DNA of 64,000 bases, taken from the NCBI GenBank assembly GCA_963835575.1, contig CAWIGG010000005.1, positions 1 to 64,000 of the forward strand, read 5' to 3'. Of this stretch, positions 19,728 to 28,976 are shown one piece after another (positions within the stretch are counted from its first letter, which is position 1; every line of letters begins with the position of its first letter). The stretch is from an uncultured Spirochaetota bacterium. GTDB taxonomy: Bacteria > Spirochaetota > Brevinematia > Brevinematales > JAOACQ01. The position numbers were made by a program, and so were the translations under genes. Below the pieces are notes generated by a model. That model ran no database searches. It had not been told where the DNA came from and was given only the letters and a program-made list of their open reading frames with translations.

Positions 19728-20797
19728 AAATCATTCTCCTTTCCCTGACAAAGGTCCGCTATTTTTTCAAATATTTCATCTTCACCGGTGATCTTTCCGC
19801 CCATTTTCCCGAAGAACGCGACCTTTGCCTTCTGTTTTGCCGCCATATAAACGTCTTCAACCATCTGGCCGGCGCTCAGTTCAACCGTCAGCAGTGTTTT
19901 TACGCCCTTATCTATAAGACGCTCGATTTCGGCGTACGGGAATGGATAGAGAGTGATGGGCCGGAGAAGTCCCGCCTTGAAGCCCTTTTCCCTGGCCCGG
20001 ATGACAGCGCTCTTCGCTATACGTGCGCAGGTCCCGTAAGCGACGATTACAACATTCGCGTCTTCAGTCTGTATATTCTCAAACCGGACTTCTTTTGCCT
20101 TGATTTTATTATAAGTATCCTGAAGCGTTAAATTATTGATCTCCACGCCGTCGTCGTCCAGCCAGAGGCTCCGAACCACATTTTTAGGCCTTCCCTTCGC
20201 CCCTGTCAGGGCCCATGTCTTTGCCGGCAGTTTGACGCCGGAAGGTTTTCTCAGTTCCACCTTTTCCACCATCTGGCCGATGATCGCGTCGCTCAAAATA
20301 AGGGCCGGTACCCTGTATTGGTCCGCCAGGTCAAAAGCAAGGATGGTCAGGTCCATCATCTCCTGAGGCGATGCGGGCGCCAGGACTATAACATGATAAT
20401 CGCCATGCCCGCCACCCTTGACGGCCTGAAAATAATCGGCCTGTCCGAGGGCAATGTTCCCAAGCCCGGGCCCTCCCCTCTGCACATTCGCCAGAACGCA
20501 TGGGAGCCTTGCCCCGGCAAGATAGGAAATACCTTCCTGCATCAGGCTGTAGCCGGGCGACGATGTGCTTGTCATCACCCTCGCTCCGGCGGCCGAAGCC
20601 CCGAAAACCATATTTATGGAAGCCAGCTCGCTTTCCGCCTGAATGAATACGCCGCCGACCTCAGGGAGCCTTGCCGCCATATAGGCCGGCACCTCGTTCT
20701 GAGGCGTTATGGGATAACCGAAATAGTAGCGGCAGCCGGCTATTACGGCCCCTTCGGCCATCGCTTCATTGCCTTTTATCAATATTATTTTTTCCAT
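19715..20797 (-). CDS. 2-oxoacid:ferredoxin oxidoreductase alpha subunit (VorB-like)
   Basis: GNEA, GYPITP, QAESE, TSSPG, QRGGPG. Confidence 0.92.
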   Translation of the reverse strand: MEKIILIKGNEAMAEGAVIAGCRYYFGYPITPQNEVPAYMAARLPEVGGVFIQAESELASINMVFGASAAGARVMTSTSSPGYSLMQEGISYLAGARLPCVLANVQRGGPGLGNIALGQADYFQAVKGGGHGDYHVIVLAPASPQEMMDLTILAFDLADQYRVPALILSDAIIGQMVEKVELRKPSGVKLPAKTWALTGAKGRPKNVVRSLWLDDDGVEINNLTLQDTYNKIKAKEVRFENIQTEDANVVIVAYGTCARIAKSAVIRAREKGFKAGLLRPITLYPFPYAEIERLIDKGVKTLLTVELSAGQMVEDVYMAAKQKAKVAFFGKMGGKITGEDEIFEKIADLCQGKENDLWHP

Positions 20798-20800
20798 ATA

Positions 20801-21013
20801 TTATCCTTCTTTCCAGACTTTAATGGCCACATCGGGACAGGCCACCGCGCATTTTTTACAGCCGATGCAGTCGGAATTCCTGACCGGTTCGGCGTACTGC
20901 CAGCCCTTCGCGTTGAACTTTTTGCCGATTTCAATCACGTTTTTCGGGCATTCAGGAATGCAGAGAGAACATCCCTTGCAGAGTTCCCCGTCTATTTCGA
21001 TATAAAAACTCAC
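20801..21013 (-). CDS. 2x[4Fe-4S] ferredoxin (delta subunit)
   Basis: Two CxxCxxCxxxCP motifs. Confidence 0.9.
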   Translation of the reverse strand: MSFYIEIDGELCKGCSLCIPECPKNVIEIGKKFNAKGWQYAEPVRNSDCIGCKKCAVACPDVAIKVWKEG

Positions 21014-21274
21014 TTTTCCTCCTCAATAAATTATTTTCGATTATACCCAAAGAAACAATCAAATAATGTGAAATTATCGATTAAATAAAAACGATCGGCC
21101 AGTGAATCCCGTTGAACAGGACTGTCTGAATATTTCCATTTGAATAGTTTAAAGAGAAGTATATTCAATCTTATTAATCCGCCTTCTTTTTTGATTAATA
21201 TTGTACCTCAAAATAAAGCATTTTTGCAATAAATGAGGGGTTTGTTTTTTATTAAAAAACCTAAAATAAACACG

Positions 21275-21423
21275 GGGTAATCCGCTAAGCTTGCCCTGAG
21301 CTTGTCGAAGGGACACGCGAATGGACGCGAATCGGGATTAAGGGGAATGAATTTTTTATTGATGGAATGAAAAATAAAAACAGAATAACATTATTAGCGT
21401 GAATTCGCGTGGCTTAGCGGAAG
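21275..21423. repeat. CACGCGAAT-type repeat, copy 2, with nested CCCTGAGCTTGTCGAAGGG hairpin
   Basis: Same termini as 11045-11139. Confidence 0.7.
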
Positions 21424-21450
21424 CCCAATCTGCTTTCAATAAATCCAGGA

Positions 21451-22458
21451 TTATTCGATATTCAGCTTCTTTTTAATCGCCGCCATGGTTTTTACCATCT
21501 CGGGGAGTCTTGACATCGCGGCGTGGATGCGCTTCTGCTCCATAAAATTCCGGGCGGGTGAACCGAACAGGATGCTGTTCGATTCGATCTTTTTGGATTC
21601 AACGCCGGACTGCGCCAGCACAATGACATTATCGCCCAATTTCGCATGGTCCGCCACGCCTACCTGCCCCGTCAGGAAGCAGGCCTTTCCGATCGTAGCG
21701 CTTCCGGCGATCCCGACCTGCGCCATTATAACGGAATATGCACCGATCTTTACGTTATGAGCGATCTGCACCAGGTTATCTATCTTGACTCCCTCTCCGA
21801 TGACAGTCTCGTCCATTGTTGCCCTGTCGATTGTCACGCAGGCGCCGATCTCGACATCATTTTCTATAACGATCCTGCCGATCTGGGGGATTTTGATGTT
21901 CTTTCCGTCCTTCTGGATATAGCCGAAACCGTCGCCGCCGATAACGCTGTTATGATGGATAATGACATTGTCCCCGATTACTGTTTCATCATCGATCTTC
22001 ACTCCGGCTTTGATCAGGCAGTTTTTCCCGATCCTGACATTCTTTCCGATATAGACCTGTGAATAAATGACTGTGCCTTCCCCTATTTCGGCGTTGTCCA
22101 TGATCGCCGCGAACGGCAGTATCGTGACATCATGAGCTATTTTCGCGCCTTTCTCGATATAGACCGCTGGATAGATTTCTTTTTTATAAGGTTTATAAGG
22201 ATTGAATATCTCCAGTACTTTCGTAAAAGTCAGCTTCGGTTCTTTTACATTAATATAAGGCTTTGTTTCACATTTCATATCAACGGGGATGATCAGCGCG
22301 GACACGGTGGTTTGAGAAAGAAGCTCAAGGCTTTTTTTATTCTCGGCATAGGCGATACCGCCCTCTTTCTGATGCTCCAGATCGGAGATTCCTGTAATTT
22401 CGACATCCGTTCCGGTCAGTTCGCCGGAGACAATGCGCGCTATTTCAGACAATTTCAT
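21451..22458 (-). CDS. lpxD: UDP-3-O-(3-hydroxymyristoyl)glucosamine N-acyltransferase
   Basis: Hexapeptide repeats, [22 protein letters not shown]. Confidence 0.95.
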   Translation of the reverse strand: MKLSEIARIVSGELTGTDVEITGISDLEHQKEGGIAYAENKKSLELLSQTTVSALIIPVDMKCETKPYINVKEPKLTFTKVLEIFNPYKPYKKEIYPAVYIEKGAKIAHDVTILPFAAIMDNAEIGEGTVIYSQVYIGKNVRIGKNCLIKAGVKIDDETVIGDNVIIHHNSVIGGDGFGYIQKDGKNIKIPQIGRIVIENDVEIGACVTIDRATMDETVIGEGVKIDNLVQIAHNVKIGAYSVIMAQVGIAGSATIGKACFLTGQVGVADHAKLGDNVIVLAQSGVESKKIESNSILFGSPARNFMEQKRIHAAMSRLPEMVKTMAAIKKKLNIE

Positions 22459-22589
22459 AACTCTCTCCTGTTCTCACCTTCTCTATATAAGTATAACATT
22501 GATTTTTTATTTTTAAAGGAAAGTTACGGCAAAGATGCCTGGGGTCAAAATCTTTTCTTTTTTTAATGAAATTTAAAGGGATTTTTATT

Positions 22590-22907
22590 CCGACAGGCTG
22601 TCGGGGGTTTACGATATTTCTTTCTTTTCGAAAAGAAAGAAATATCGCGCTAAAGAAAGAAAACAGGTCGAGGCCATTTTCATACTAAGGAATCGGTTAG
22701 TATGGAAGTGTGTCATCCGGTTTTTTAATAGCGATTCAGTATTTTAATAGCCTCCTTATTACGCTGTCCATAGCTTTATGCGGCGGTTTTGACATCCTGT
22801 CAAAAACTTGTGCCTCTCTTCTATTATTATAATAGCGGATGACACGGCTTGATATTGAGTTATTTGATATACCGATTATGGCTAATGGAAAATGGCCTCG
22901 GGAACGG
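22590..22907 (+). repeat. Structured dispersed repeat, copy A (core 22669-22900)
   Basis: 13-bp IR CGAGGCCATTTTC/GAAAATGGCCTCG followed by GGAACGG; homologous to 33265-33620 (reverse) and 51134-51461. Confidence 0.8.
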
Positions 22908-22956
22908 ATGATAATTCGAAATAACTCTTGATGAATCAATTTAGTGCAAATATCAC

Positions 22957-22985
22957 TTGACAATTGGAAATAATTATATTATAAT
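22957..22985 (+). promoter_or_regulatory. Consensus sigma70 promoter of the R-M operon
   Basis: TTGACA-17bp-TATAAT, perfect consensus. Confidence 0.8.
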
Positions 22986-23035
22986 TATGATGATATAATT
23001 TAGTGCTCTTATTTATTTTAAGCGTTGGAGTGTAA

Positions 23036-23617
23036 ATGAAGGATATAAAAACAGCTAAATTATCTCAGATCGCATATATCCGGCAGGGCTACCAATTCCG
23101 TAAAAGCATTGAAAATGTGCCATCCGGAGATATTAAAGTTATTCAAATGGCAGATATTATAGACAACTATTCGGTTAATTGGTCTCATCTCTTTCATGTC
23201 CATGAAGAAAACATAAACCCATTACATTTTTTAAAAGACAATGACATATTATTTTGCTCCAGGGGAATTAATAACTATAATATTGTACTTGAAAAAGTCA
23301 GTAACCCTATGATAGCAGTATCGCAATTTCTTGTGATTAAAACTGATGATAATGCTGTTAATCCGGGTTATCTTTCATGGTATTTGAACCAGCCGGAAGC
23401 GATGGCGTATTTCAAAAAAAATACCCTGACGAGCACGGTTCCGCTGATCAATAAAAGTACGCTGAATGAAATGATGATCCCTCTTCCATCCCTGCAGGAA
23501 CAGAAAATTATTGCGGAAATTAATAAACTGTCAATTAAGGAAAAAGATTTGATCGACCTGATAAATGACAAAAGGAAAATAATGATAAATCAAATCCTGA
23601 GGCAGAGAATCGAATAA
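23036..23617 (+). CDS. Single-TRD type I specificity subunit (half HsdS)
   Basis: LKDNDILF, YLSWYLN, IPLPSLQEQKIIAEI helix motif. Confidence 0.75.
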   Translation: MKDIKTAKLSQIAYIRQGYQFRKSIENVPSGDIKVIQMADIIDNYSVNWSHLFHVHEENINPLHFLKDNDILFCSRGINNYNIVLEKVSNPMIAVSQFLVIKTDDNAVNPGYLSWYLNQPEAMAYFKKNTLTSTVPLINKSTLNEMMIPLPSLQEQKIIAEINKLSIKEKDLIDLINDKRKIMINQILRQRIE

Positions 23618-23632
23618 TAAGGAGCGGTTATT

Positions 23633-25135
23633 ATGGCAAACTCACATCCTATTACCCAAAACGAAATCAACAATATCCTCTGGAAAGCCTGCGATACATT
23701 CCGGGGCGTCGTCGATCCCTCTGAATATAAAAATTATATCCTGGTTTTCCTGTTCATTAAATACATTTCCGATTTATGGAAAGATAAAAAGGAAAACTAT
23801 ACAAACCAATACAAAGGCGATGAGACCCGGATTCAAAGAGCGCTGTTAAGGGAACGGTTCGTTCTGCCGGAAAACTGCGATTATGATTATATTTACAAAA
23901 GCCGGAATGACAGCAAGATCGGGGAAATAATCAACATAGCCCTGGAAAGAATTGAGGAAAAGAACAAGGAAAAGCTGGAAGGCGTTTTCAGGAATATCGA
24001 TTTCAATTCTGAACACAGCCTCGGCCAACCCAAGGAACGCAACCAGCGGCTCAAGCATCTGATCGAAGATTTTGCCGACCCGAAGCTGGACCTGCGGCCT
24101 TCGGTCATAGGGACGAGGGATGTCATCGGCGATTCTTATGAATACCTGATCTCGCGCTTTGCGGCCGGGGCCGGTAAAAAAGGCGGCGAGTTTTATACGC
24201 CCGCCGAAGTGGCGATACTGCTGGCAAAGCTCCTCGCGCCGGAGGAGGGAAGCACAATCTCAGACCCGGCCTGCGGTTCCGGCTCGCTTTTGATAAGGGT
24301 GGCCAACGAGGTCGGCAGCGGTAATTATTCCCTGTTCGGCCAGGAATCGAACGGCAGCACATGGGCGCTCTGCAAAATGAACATGTTCCTGCATGGGAAG
24401 GACAACGCCCGCATCGAGTGGGGTGATACCATCCGCAACCCCAAATTGATTGAAAACGACACGCTTAAGAAATTCGACATCGTCGTGGCCAATCCCCCGT
24501 TCTCCCTCGATAAATGGGGCGCGGAAATGGCCGCCGATGATCCCTACAAGCGCTTTTACCGCGGCCTGCCGCCGAAGAGCAAGGGAGACTATGCCTTTAT
24601 CAGCCATATGATCGAGACGGCCGTTGCCGGGAGCGGCAGGGTCGGCGTTATTATTCCACACGGCGTGCTTTTCCGGGGGCAGGCGGAAGGGAAAATCCGG
24701 CAGAAGATGATAGAGGAAAATCTTCTGGAAGCAGTGATCGGCCTTCCGGCCAACCTGTTTTACGGCACGGGCATTCCCGCCGCTATCATGATCTTCAACA
24801 AGGGTAAGGGAAAAAATAAGAATGTGCTTTTCATCGACGCGAGCCGGGACTTTGAAAGCGGCACAAACCAGAACAAACTCAGGGATTCGGATATTCAAAA
24901 AATCCTGGAGACTTATAAAGCTTTCAAAACGATGGATAAGTATTCATATTGTGCTACATTCGAAGAAATCAGAGAAAATGAATTCAATTTGAATATACCG
25001 CGCTATGTCGACACATTCGAGGAGGAGGAGGAAGTGGACATTCCCGCTGTGCAGAAGGAGATCGAAGCACTGGAAAAAGAGCTTGTAGAAGTGAAAGAGA
25101 AGATGAACGGGTATTTGAAGGAGTTGGGGTGGTAG
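23633..25135 (+). CDS. hsdM: Type I R-M methyltransferase subunit
   Basis: GEFYTP, DPACGSG, NPPF, NLNIPRY. Confidence 0.95.
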   Translation: MANSHPITQNEINNILWKACDTFRGVVDPSEYKNYILVFLFIKYISDLWKDKKENYTNQYKGDETRIQRALLRERFVLPENCDYDYIYKSRNDSKIGEIINIALERIEEKNKEKLEGVFRNIDFNSEHSLGQPKERNQRLKHLIEDFADPKLDLRPSVIGTRDVIGDSYEYLISRFAAGAGKKGGEFYTPAEVAILLAKLLAPEEGSTISDPACGSGSLLIRVANEVGSGNYSLFGQESNGSTWALCKMNMFLHGKDNARIEWGDTIRNPKLIENDTLKKFDIVVANPPFSLDKWGAEMAADDPYKRFYRGLPPKSKGDYAFISHMIETAVAGSGRVGVIIPHGVLFRGQAEGKIRQKMIEENLLEAVIGLPANLFYGTGIPAAIMIFNKGKGKNKNVLFIDASRDFESGTNQNKLRDSDIQKILETYKAFKTMDKYSYCATFEEIRENEFNLNIPRYVDTFEEEEEVDIPAVQKEIEALEKELVEVKEKMNGYLKELGW

Positions 25136-25139
25136 AAGG

Positions 25140-25922
25140 ATGTATATCAGTTATTTTGATGAAACCGGCGATGACGGATATCCGAAATATACAACCAAGC
25201 TTTTTGTCATGACATCAATTTATATGCATTATCAAAATTGGAAGTCCAATTACGAACAGATAAAGGAGTTCAGGTTATACCTAAAAAATAGGTACAATTT
25301 TCCAATAAAATTGGAATTTCATACGAATGATTTTTTATTGGGCAAAAAGCCTTATACCGGAATGGGCATTACAAAGGACCAAAAGAGAATTATCTTATTT
25401 GAGTTTTTTGATTTTTTATCTTCATTAGACGTAAAAATCATTAATGTGGTCATCAATAAGACAAAAATAACTGATAATTACGATGTGCTGGGTAATGCAT
25501 TTACATACAATATACAGCGTATAGAAAATGACCTGAAATCAATTGATCCGGCAAGCCGTTTCATGATCATTACCGATGAAGGAAGAATTGAGAAAATGGT
25601 CAAAACTGCCCGAAAAATTCAGGCAATTAATTATATTCCTTCAAAATTCGGGCCGTTAAAATACCGGAATGATATACAAAAATTGATTGAAGATCCTTTG
25701 CCCAAAAGATCGGAAGACTCCTATTTTATTCAATTATCCGATATGGTTTCATTTATGGTGTTTCTCTATGCAAAAAGGCATTTTACTCATGAAAAATGGG
25801 CGCAAAGATTAAAATGTATAAAACCGGGGGATGAAACGGATTTATTGGATATGATAAAAAATATATTGAACTTGAAGGCCAGTAATACGAATGATTATGG
25901 AATGGTCCATTATCCGAAATAA
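25140..25922 (+). CDS. DUF3800-like protein (RNase H-like fold), module 1
   Basis: N-terminal YFDETG, LEFH, DEG, C-terminal S..IQLSD. Confidence 0.8.
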   Translation: MYISYFDETGDDGYPKYTTKLFVMTSIYMHYQNWKSNYEQIKEFRLYLKNRYNFPIKLEFHTNDFLLGKKPYTGMGITKDQKRIILFEFFDFLSSLDVKIINVVINKTKITDNYDVLGNAFTYNIQRIENDLKSIDPASRFMIITDEGRIEKMVKTARKIQAINYIPSKFGPLKYRNDIQKLIEDPLPKRSEDSYFIQLSDMVSFMVFLYAKRHFTHEKWAQRLKCIKPGDETDLLDMIKNILNLKASNTNDYGMVHYPK

Positions 25923-25991
25923 AAAAATAGGGCACTTCACCGAAATGAAGAGCCCTCAACACCCTAGGCCCATTCGGACTTCAAGTGTTTC
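25922..25991 (-). ncRNA. Putative ~70-nt convergent small RNA 1
   Basis: Own promoter; 5' hairpin 25958-25989; terminator hairpin 25929-25956 with U-tract only on the minus strand. Confidence 0.7.
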
Positions 25992-25997
25992 ATACAT

Positions 25998-26026
25998 AAT
26001 ATAGCATTTTATGTGTGATTTGTCAA
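25998..26026 (-). promoter_or_regulatory. sigma70 promoter of small RNA 1
   Basis: TTGACA-17bp-TATATT with extended TG. Confidence 0.72.
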
Positions 26027-26104
26027 TAGGCCATACAATAAGTCTGACTAATAAATGACATTAACAGAAAAAGTAATAGAATGAAAAAAAAGAAGGAAGT
26101 GAAA

Positions 26105-26180
26105 GAACCACGAGGAAACGGGAACCACGAATGACACGAATTATCACGAATAAAACTATAAAAATCTGTATATTCGTGTT
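26105..26180. repeat. CACGAAT-type periodic repeat
   Basis: AACCACGAATGACACGAATTATCACGAA ... TATTCGTG. Confidence 0.55.
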
Positions 26181-26197
26181 TTAAAAAAGGAGAACTC

Positions 26198-27526
26198 ATG
26201 CCTGACCGCAACGTGAACCGCCCCGGCTATAAACACACACTTGTCGGATGGATACCGGAAGATTGGGCAATTGAAATTCTAAGAAAATTAAAAATAAATA
26301 TTATTGATGGAGATAGAGGTAAAAATTATCCAAAGAATGAAGATTATATAAATAAAGATTATTGCGTATTTTTAAATGCAGGTAATGTTACAAAGTATGG
26401 ATTTAATTTTAATAACATACAGTATATTAGTCGAGAAAAAGATTCATATCTTAGAAAAGGAAAGTTAAGTAGAGGTGATATTGTAGTTACAACGAGAGGT
26501 ACAACTGGAAATTTTGCTTTATATTCTGATGATATCATTTACAAAAATATAAGAATAAACTCAGGAATGGCAATTATAAGAAATCTAACAAAGATAATTG
26601 ATAATATTTTTTTATATACCTTCCTTAGGTCACAAATATTAAAAAAGGAAATAGATAGAATTTCTTTTGGAAGTGCACAACAACAATTAACAATAAATTT
26701 ACTTGAAAATATTTCTATCCCCATCCCGCCCCTCCCCGAACAGAGCAAAATCGCCGAAATCCTCTCCGCCTGGGACGAAGCTATTGAAAAAATACAGAAG
26801 CTCATTGAAGCAAAAGAACGGAGAAAAAAAGGCCTGGCGCAACAGCTTTTGACCGGACGGAAGAGGTTGAAGGGGTTTAAGGGGATGTGGAAAGATACCC
26901 TGTTTTCTGATATGTTTTATTTTATCAAATCATACTCAATAACAAGGGAAGAATTGACAAATGAAGATATGGATGATCCGATTTATTGCTTTCATTATGG
27001 TGATATTCATAATAATTCTCATTCTACATTTCTGGATTTCAGTAAAAGCATATATGTTTCAAAAATTAAAAACAGTAAATACGGAATAGAATCGAATTCT
27101 TTTCTAAAAACGGGAGATCTGGTGTTCGCGGATGCCTCTGAAGACTACGATGAAATCGGATTATGTGTAGAAATCAAAAATATTGGAAGCTATCGTATTA
27201 TTGGAGGCCTTCATACTATAGTTGCCAGAGAAAAGGATTATTTTTTAGATAATGGGTTCAAAGGTTGTTTAATGAGGAATGACAGGATTCTTATTCAAAT
27301 CAGAAAAGCGGCAACAGGTGTTTCAGTATATGGGTTATCAAAGAAAGAATTATCCAAAATCGAATTTTCTTATCCCCCTCTTGAAGAACAACGCGCTATC
27401 GCATCCGTCCTTTCTGCCGCGGATGAGGAATTGACCCTGCTCCGGAAACGGCTCGACGCGCTGAAACTTCAGAAGAAAGGCTTGATGCAGAAGCTCCTGA
27501 CCGGGGAAGTGAGGGTAAGGGTGTGA
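26198..27526 (+). CDS. hsdS: Type I R-M specificity subunit
   Basis: IPEDW, two TRDs, PPLPEQSKIAEIL and PPLEEQRAIASVL, KKGLMQKLLTG. Confidence 0.93.
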   Translation: MPDRNVNRPGYKHTLVGWIPEDWAIEILRKLKINIIDGDRGKNYPKNEDYINKDYCVFLNAGNVTKYGFNFNNIQYISREKDSYLRKGKLSRGDIVVTTRGTTGNFALYSDDIIYKNIRINSGMAIIRNLTKIIDNIFLYTFLRSQILKKEIDRISFGSAQQQLTINLLENISIPIPPLPEQSKIAEILSAWDEAIEKIQKLIEAKERRKKGLAQQLLTGRKRLKGFKGMWKDTLFSDMFYFIKSYSITREELTNEDMDDPIYCFHYGDIHNNSHSTFLDFSKSIYVSKIKNSKYGIESNSFLKTGDLVFADASEDYDEIGLCVEIKNIGSYRIIGGLHTIVAREKDYFLDNGFKGCLMRNDRILIQIRKAATGVSVYGLSKKELSKIEFSYPPLEEQRAIASVLSAADEELTLLRKRLDALKLQKKGLMQKLLTGEVRVRV

Positions 27527-27615
27527 GGCGTATATTAAAAAAAGCAATTAATAATTTTAAGAAAGGATTTTTAATAGGATATAATTAAAATAATTCTTAG
27601 GTCGGAGGCGTTTTT

Positions 27616-28314
27616 ATGGAATACGAAGTATACTGCGACGAAGCTTATCCGGACGTTTTCTCATCGGCCCTGACGGACTGCACTTTTCTTGTTATCGGCA
27701 GCCTGTGGATGGAAAAGAAAAACCGCGATGCATATAAAAATAAAATCCATGAACTGAGGGACCAATATAAGATCGGTCCGGAATTTAAATGGAGGAAGAT
27801 CAATAAGTCAAAGATCGATTTTTATAAAAGTTTGATCGATTTTTTCGTTTCCGAAAATCTTGATTTGCGGTTCAGGGCGATCGTAATCGATAAAACAAAA
27901 GTTGACCTGATCCATTATCATCAGAGCGATCAGGAACTCGGGTTCTATAAGTTTTATTATCAACTTCTGCATCACTGGATATTGGATTTCAACCGGTATC
28001 AAATCTTCTGCGATTATAAAAAGAACCGCTTGAGAGACCGGCTTAAAGTGCTTAAGGAATGCCTGAACTGCAGCAATCTGGCTTCGGAAATTGCATCCGT
28101 TCAGGCAGTCCGTTCAAAGGAATCCGTTTTAATCCAGCTTACGGATTTTTTCACGGGGATGGTCGGCGCAAAATACAATCGGGATGACCTGGGAAATGCG
28201 AAGTCGGATATGATCAATTATTTTGAGGAAAAATCGGGTAAAGAGATTTCTAAAACCAGGCGGTTTGAAAATAAATTCAATATATTCGAAATAAATTTAT
28301 CCGGCGGCTGGTGA
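27616..28314 (+). CDS. DUF3800-like protein, module 2
   Basis: VYCDEA, EFKW, C-terminal SKESVLIQLTD. Confidence 0.8.
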   Translation: MEYEVYCDEAYPDVFSSALTDCTFLVIGSLWMEKKNRDAYKNKIHELRDQYKIGPEFKWRKINKSKIDFYKSLIDFFVSENLDLRFRAIVIDKTKVDLIHYHQSDQELGFYKFYYQLLHHWILDFNRYQIFCDYKKNRLRDRLKVLKECLNCSNLASEIASVQAVRSKESVLIQLTDFFTGMVGAKYNRDDLGNAKSDMINYFEEKSGKEISKTRRFENKFNIFEINLSGGW

Positions 28315-28315
28315 T

Positions 28316-28741
28316 ATGCTTTATTGTCCTTTAGTAAAATTAAAATCCGAGGCGGAATATGAGCAGCATTTTTATGGCAAATACTGCAAGGGGCCGGTCA
28401 TTACATTTGACGGCATATCGGTCCGTTTCAGAAAACTCGATTTCAAGCATTGTTTTTATGAAAGCAGCCGCAGGGACAGGATAAAAGACCGGTTTTCAAT
28501 TGACAGGGCGGAAAGGATCGACTGGATAAAAAAGACACTGGAAGACCCGGAGGCCATTTTGAAAACAGGCTGGAACAGGGACAGTAAGAGATATGACTAT
28601 AAAAAAAGAGTAGCCGTCGTATCGGGAGATTATGTTGTCGTTATCGGTATTATAAGCTCTAAAAAAGCCAGGTTTATAACGGCGTATGCTGCCGGGAAAA
28701 ACACGATCGATAAGATATTAAAGGGTCCTGATTGGAAATAA
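28316..28741 (+). CDS. Hypothetical protein, possible BECR/PBECR-like RNase fold
   Basis: FKH, RAERIDWIKKTLEDP, YVVVI, FITAY pattern; starts 1 bp after the DUF3800 gene. Confidence 0.55.
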   Translation: MLYCPLVKLKSEAEYEQHFYGKYCKGPVITFDGISVRFRKLDFKHCFYESSRRDRIKDRFSIDRAERIDWIKKTLEDPEAILKTGWNRDSKRYDYKKRVAVVSGDYVVVIGIISSKKARFITAYAAGKNTIDKILKGPDWK

Positions 28742-28811
28742 AAAAACCGCTGATTTGACCAGGCAGGCTCAGCGGAGGCCTTTGTAGGTTCTAAGCCGCT
28801 GGCTAAGAACA
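28741..28811 (-). ncRNA. Putative ~70-nt convergent small RNA 2
   Basis: Own promoter; 5' hairpin 28788-28810; terminator stem CCGCTGA/TCAGCGG 28747-28775 with U-tract only on the minus strand. Confidence 0.7.
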
Positions 28812-28816
28812 ACTAT

Positions 28817-28845
28817 ATGGTAATAAGCATTGGCGGTTTTGTCAA
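28817..28845 (-). promoter_or_regulatory. sigma70 promoter of small RNA 2
   Basis: TTGACA-17bp-TACCAT. Confidence 0.7.
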
Positions 28846-28976
28846 TACTTGTAAAGCATAAAATTGGATTTAATTATAAGGGATTTATCGGTAAAAAATG
28901 AGGTTAAATGAATATTAAATATATTTCTGTTTTCATTTTAATTTTACAATGATAATTAATTAAGTAAAGAGGTAAT

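Noticed and set aside
25929..25956. Hairpins after the DUF3800 modules as ordinary plus-strand terminators
   Set aside because: An A-run precedes them and no U-run follows on the plus strand; the polarity and matching promoters fit minus-strand RNAs
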